64,000 nt of DNA from Octopus vulgaris (Eukaryota), in contig OX597832.1 in the NCBI GenBank assembly GCA_951406725.2, positions 37,262,001 to 37,326,000 on the forward strand, read 5' to 3'. Below the pieces are notes generated by a model. The model made no database searches. It worked only from the letters and a program-made list of their open reading frames with translations, and had not been told where the DNA came from. The stretch's first letter is position 1, and each line of letters starts with the position of its first letter. The translations under genes and the position numbers were made by a program. Shown here piece by piece: positions 59,410 to 64,000 of this stretch.

Positions 59410-60130
59410 CGATGGTGGGCTGAGAAGTTCATTGGCTGACTATGAATTATTAATTTCAAATCTTCTTATTAATCACTGCATTGTTTTTTTTCCAGGTAAA
59501 CTAACATCTGACTCTTCAAAGAAGACTTCAAGATTACTAGAAGCAACTTCTCTGGAAAATGGACAAAATTTGGTGGGCATTGTGGTGTTATCAAGAACAT
59601 GCAGAAAAAAGGGGTTTAGCCCCCAAGGATACTTATGCTGGCATGATTACATTTGTGGATGAACGCTCCATCTTTATCAACACTGCAAAAGTAGGCAGCT
59701 GAATTTCGAAGGGGAAGAGAGAATCTTGAAGATGATCAAGTTCTGGACGTCTTACAACTGCCACCGATGAGGAAAACCTTGATCGTGTTCACCATATGGT
59801 GATAGATGACAGGCGATTGAGTGTAAATCAAATAGAGCATAGACCATGAGAGAATTGCGAATATGCTTCACAATGAAGTTGGCAACGACAAAGGCTTCGG
59901 CTCGGTGGGCGCCATGTCTTCTGACATCTGATCAAAAGCTCACCAAGCTGATTACACAACAGGGAAAGCTGACATAGACTGAAACAGACCCAGCAGATGT
60001 CCTTGATCGTTACCTAACCCAGGATGAGTGCTGGCTTCATCACTTTGAACCAGAGACAAAGAGACGAACCATGCAGTGGAAACGCCTTTCCTCACTTGTT
60101 CCAAAGAAAACCAAAGTAGTTTCATCTGCA
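59410..60130 (+). mobile_element. mariner (Tc1/mariner) transposon 5' half, decayed transposase
   Basis: TIR-like cgatggtgggctgagaagttc; ATG at 59559; AAEFRRGRENLEDD, DDRRLSV, RWAPCLLT (WVPHEL motif) and TQDECWLHHFEPETK (first catalytic D). Truncated at (TTA)n. Confidence 0.9.
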
Positions 60131-60220
60131 ATATTATTATTATTATTGTTGTTGTTGGTGGTGTTGTTGGTGTTGTTGTTGCTGTTGTTATTGTTATTTT
60201 ATTACTATTATTATTATTTT

Positions 60221-60778
60221 TGAGTGAGAGAGCAGTGCATGCCATCAAAGTGACACTGGGATAAAATATACGAAGTCCAGTATACCCATCATGACTACCC
60301 GTCTGATAAAGGTACACCAGGCACATGCATCACAACCATATGTGCGCGACATGGTGATCTCATATCAAGATAAACAGCGCATGACCTTGCGGGTGGGGCC
60401 CAGTTAGAATTTTCTTCTGGTTGGGTAACCCATCCTACTCAAAAGGTCCCTGAATAAGGGTTGTTTAAGGATGTTGAATGAAACACCCATGTTTCCAGAG
60501 GTGAATCATTCAAACCCCAAAGAATCCCTCTCAACACATGGCTATGATTCTCCCCCACTACTTCTACTCGTGATCAGAGATGCACATATCGTTAGCTACC
60601 AAGGGACATGCTCAACTGGTTACGGTCAAACTACTGACAAGCAAATCTGTGGTATTGAGCAGAATATTTGCTGTAGCCCATCTTTTATACCAAGACAAAA
60701 CAATGTACATGATAACACTTCCAGTCAGTTAAAATCAGAAGCCGTGAGAGCCGCTGCCTGGTACTGCATCAGGGCATT
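60221..60778 (-). mobile_element. ~560-bp non-coding element bounded by (TAA)n on both sides
   Basis: Sharp boundaries at TAA tracts; an internal 42 bp recurs at 5361-5402. Confidence 0.55.
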
Positions 60779-60812
60779 TATTATTATGATTATTATTATT
60801 ATTATTATTATT

Positions 60813-61986
60813 CAGTAGTTTTATTTTTATTTTTATAGCGTGCTTTCACTTCACTACTGAGCGCAGCTCTGTGTGCCTTGGGTATGTGCTGTGATTTGTT
60901 GTGATGCTCTGATGGTTATTGTATGGAAAGTGTTCTGCGTAGGATGTGGGCAGTGCCTAGTAGTGCAATTTTCTGTATGTTATATGTGTTTGTAAGTCCT
61001 GGTGTTTTTGTTATGTATTTGTCTGAATATTTTTTTATCATGCCTAATGCACCTACTATGATAGGAATTGTTTCTGTTTTCAGATTCCACATTCTAGTTA
61101 CCTCTATTTCCAGGTCTTTGTATTTTGAGAGTTTCTCCATTTCTTTTAGAGACACGTTGTCATCTGCCGGTATTGATACATCAATTAAAAAGCATTTTTT
61201 TCTTCATGATCTCTGACAACTATATCTGGTCTGTTGGCCTTAATTTCTCTATCTGTGTGTATCGGCATATCCCAGAGTATGGTTGCTTTCTCGTTTTCTG
61301 TGACCTTTTCTGGTGTGTGCCTATACCATCTTTTTTCTGTTGTTATTCCATAATGTTGGCATAGCTTCCAATGTATGTAGGTTCCAACTCTGTCATGTCT
61401 GTGAATATATTCCTTCTTAGCCAGGACTGGGCAGCTAGAGATAATATGATTTATTGTTTCTTGTCCATCTCCACATATTCTGCAGTTACTTGTAATATTT
61501 CTTTTCATTACATGTTTTTGGTAATTTCTGGTGGGGAGGCTTTGGTCTTGTGCTGCAATTAAAAATCCCTCTGTTTCTGCTTTGAGTCCTGAGCTTCTCA
61601 ACCATTGCTGGGATTTTTCTTTGTCTATTTCTTTTGCGTTTAGTTTAGTGCAGTATTTACCATGAAGGGGCTTTTCTTGCCATCGTTTTATCATGGTTCG
61701 TTGCTGTTCTGTTTTTAGTTTGGATTTCATTTGTTTTATAGCTTTTGTTGTTTCTTCATCTTCTTCTTCTTCTTCATGTTTATTAGGTGGTATGATTTCT
61801 TGTTTGTATTTGTCAGCTTCCTTAAATACTGAGACAGTTTTTTGTTTTGCTCGTGTTTTGCCGCTATCTGGATCAGTTTTCCTTCCTTCTGAAGTAGATA
61901 TTTTTGCAGTCCTATGGTGGTTATTTTATAGTAGTTTTCCAGCTGTATAAGGCCTCTACCACCTTCCATACGTTGTATATATAGTC

Positions 61987-61990
<4 letters not shown>
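60813..61990 (-). mobile_element. R4/Dong-clade non-LTR retrotransposon, 5'-truncated, young, with few frameshifts
   Basis: KRLYIQRMEGGRGL..WQEKPLHGKY..ETEGFLIAAQDQ..CRICGDGQETINHIISSC (CCHC)..RHDRV..NRPDIVV..EKLSKYKDL..LGTAHILRRTL (RLE endonuclease); both ends abut (TAA)n. Confidence 0.95.
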
Positions 61991-62063
<73 letters not shown>

Positions 62064-62064
62064 G

Positions 62065-62105
<41 letters not shown>

Positions 62106-62115
62106 GTTATTATTA

Positions 62116-62203
<88 letters not shown>

Positions 62204-62204
62204 G

Positions 62205-62255
<51 letters not shown>
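61990..62255. repeat. (TTA)n microsatellite
   Basis: Read directly from the sequence. Confidence 0.95.
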
Positions 62256-62256
<1 letters not shown>

Positions 62257-62801
62257 GTTGAGAGATGGCCAAGTACCAAAGTGTCCGGCTAAAAGTTGAG
62301 TGCAAATCAATCAAATATCCATAATCCTCTGTAATCCAGTGAAAGGTCAAATATATCTGAATACCAAGAGTAAGGTCAAGGAGTCGAGTGTCTCGTAGAA
62401 GACACATAAAATACTCAGGACGTTGGCGGGTATTGTGGTGGTAGCGGTGGCGGGGATGATTGCGGTGGCGGGAGTTGTGGTGTTGAAGGTGAGTGGAGGA
62501 GATGTATTATAATTACACGCAAACAAATCCTTACCGGAAAATTACATACATACATACACGCATACATACATACACGCATACATACATACGTACATACATA
62601 CGTACATGCATACATACGCACACGCACGCACGCACATGTATATAAATATTTATATACATATGCATGAACACACACACACATATACGTATATATATAGAGA
62701 GAGTGAGAGAATATCTTCTTTCATTCTCTCTCCATATATATGTACGTATATGTATGTGTATATGTATATATATATATATATGTGTGTATATATATATATA
62801 C

Positions 62802-62885
<84 letters not shown>

Positions 62886-62939
62886 TTGGAATTACTTGGA
62901 AATGGATGCGTGGCGTTCGATCATATAATATATAATAAT

Positions 62940-62992
<53 letters not shown>

Positions 62993-63384
62993 CATACATA
63001 TGTGTACATGCATACATATATATGTATATATACATGCATATATGGTGTTCAGGACGTAAAACAAAAACGTGAACAAAATGAAAAATGAGAACATAAAAAA
63101 ACAAAATATGGAAAAGGAACTTTTTTTCGAACAACGAAAGAAACAAATAGAGAAACGGGACAGGCAACATAAAGAACAATCCATTCATCAGTTGTCCTCT
63201 GTTTTATCTACTCCGCATTTCGAAGGTTGGGAGAAGACGCGACTTCGTTGAAACAGTCCTTCCCGCAAAGCAAATTAAATGAAATTTGGGATTTTTGAGG
63301 AGGGTTATTAGTGCTAACAAAAACAAGACAGTAAGAACAAAATAGTAAAAACAAAGGGTGAGGGCTGTTAAGCCATTACGCATA

Positions 63385-63460
63385 AAAAATGAGGTACTGA
63401 GGTCGAATCTTTCGGTTAAAATTTAAGGCGGTGCTAATGACTGAAACAAGTAAAAGATAA
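63385..63460 (+). mobile_element. SINE family B 3' end
   Basis: aaggcggtgctaatgactgaaacaagtaaaagataa. Confidence 0.65.
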
Positions 63461-64000
63461 AAAACAAGGTGAGATTCCTATCATGTAGAAAAAGCAAAAC
63501 GAAGAAGAGATAATTCAAAGAATTAGGAATTTCCTTAAGCTGATTTAGATTCTTAGTTAAAAGACAGTTAATGTTTGTTTAGGGCATGTTTCGGTTTATC
63601 AGATCTCGTCAGCATATTTTCGTCTCATTAATTGCACACAGTTAAACTCCTCTCGTTAAGTTGAAATGTTGGAGATGATCACAGTCTCTAATTAACATAA
63701 TGCTTAACATACCAACAATTTATGGTGGGTCACTGAGTGAACCGCTACATGGTCTGCTAGAAATAACAGCCAAATCTTTTTCGAATCATATTTTACTCTA
63801 TTGAATAAAAGAATAGAAAGAATTCTACGTATTCAGCATCACATCGAGCAAGAGTAACATTTGAAATATTCAAAGTGCTTCAAATTGCTGTTAACGCTGT
63901 ATGCAGTGCGGATGATGAAGTCTTTGTAGAATTCCGTAGCAGAAAACAGATTGGGTAATTGAGGCACGGTTGCCATGAAAATACAATGTAGAGAAAACCA

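Overview
AT-rich eukaryotic DNA dominated by microsatellites ((TA)n, (CA)n, (TAA)n, (TATG)n, (CTAT)n, (CCA)n) and tRNA-derived SINEs. The repeat content resembles what I recall of octopus/coleoid cephalopod genomes; this is an inference, not verified. Almost every ORF in the supplied track is a microsatellite artefact. Recognisable transposon content: three R4/Dong-clade retrotransposon fragments, each abutting (TAA)n; three Tx1/L1-clade 3' fragments whose 3' tail is shared with one SINE subfamily; a decayed mariner; a Chapaev3-like 3' end; a hAT MITE with a perfect 8-bp TSD; and a piggyBac-like MITE. There is also one type I hammerhead ribozyme with an intact core (44206-44294), several decayed ones, and several long fold-back palindromes. 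Splice-signal reading suggests the window may be the long 5' region of a minus-strand host gene. It would have three alternative ATG-containing first exons that all end in phase 1 (52250-52313, 33833-33848, 23107-23206), followed by 6-, 5- and 19-nt microexon candidates near the left end. That gene model is inferred from motifs only and needs RNA evidence.
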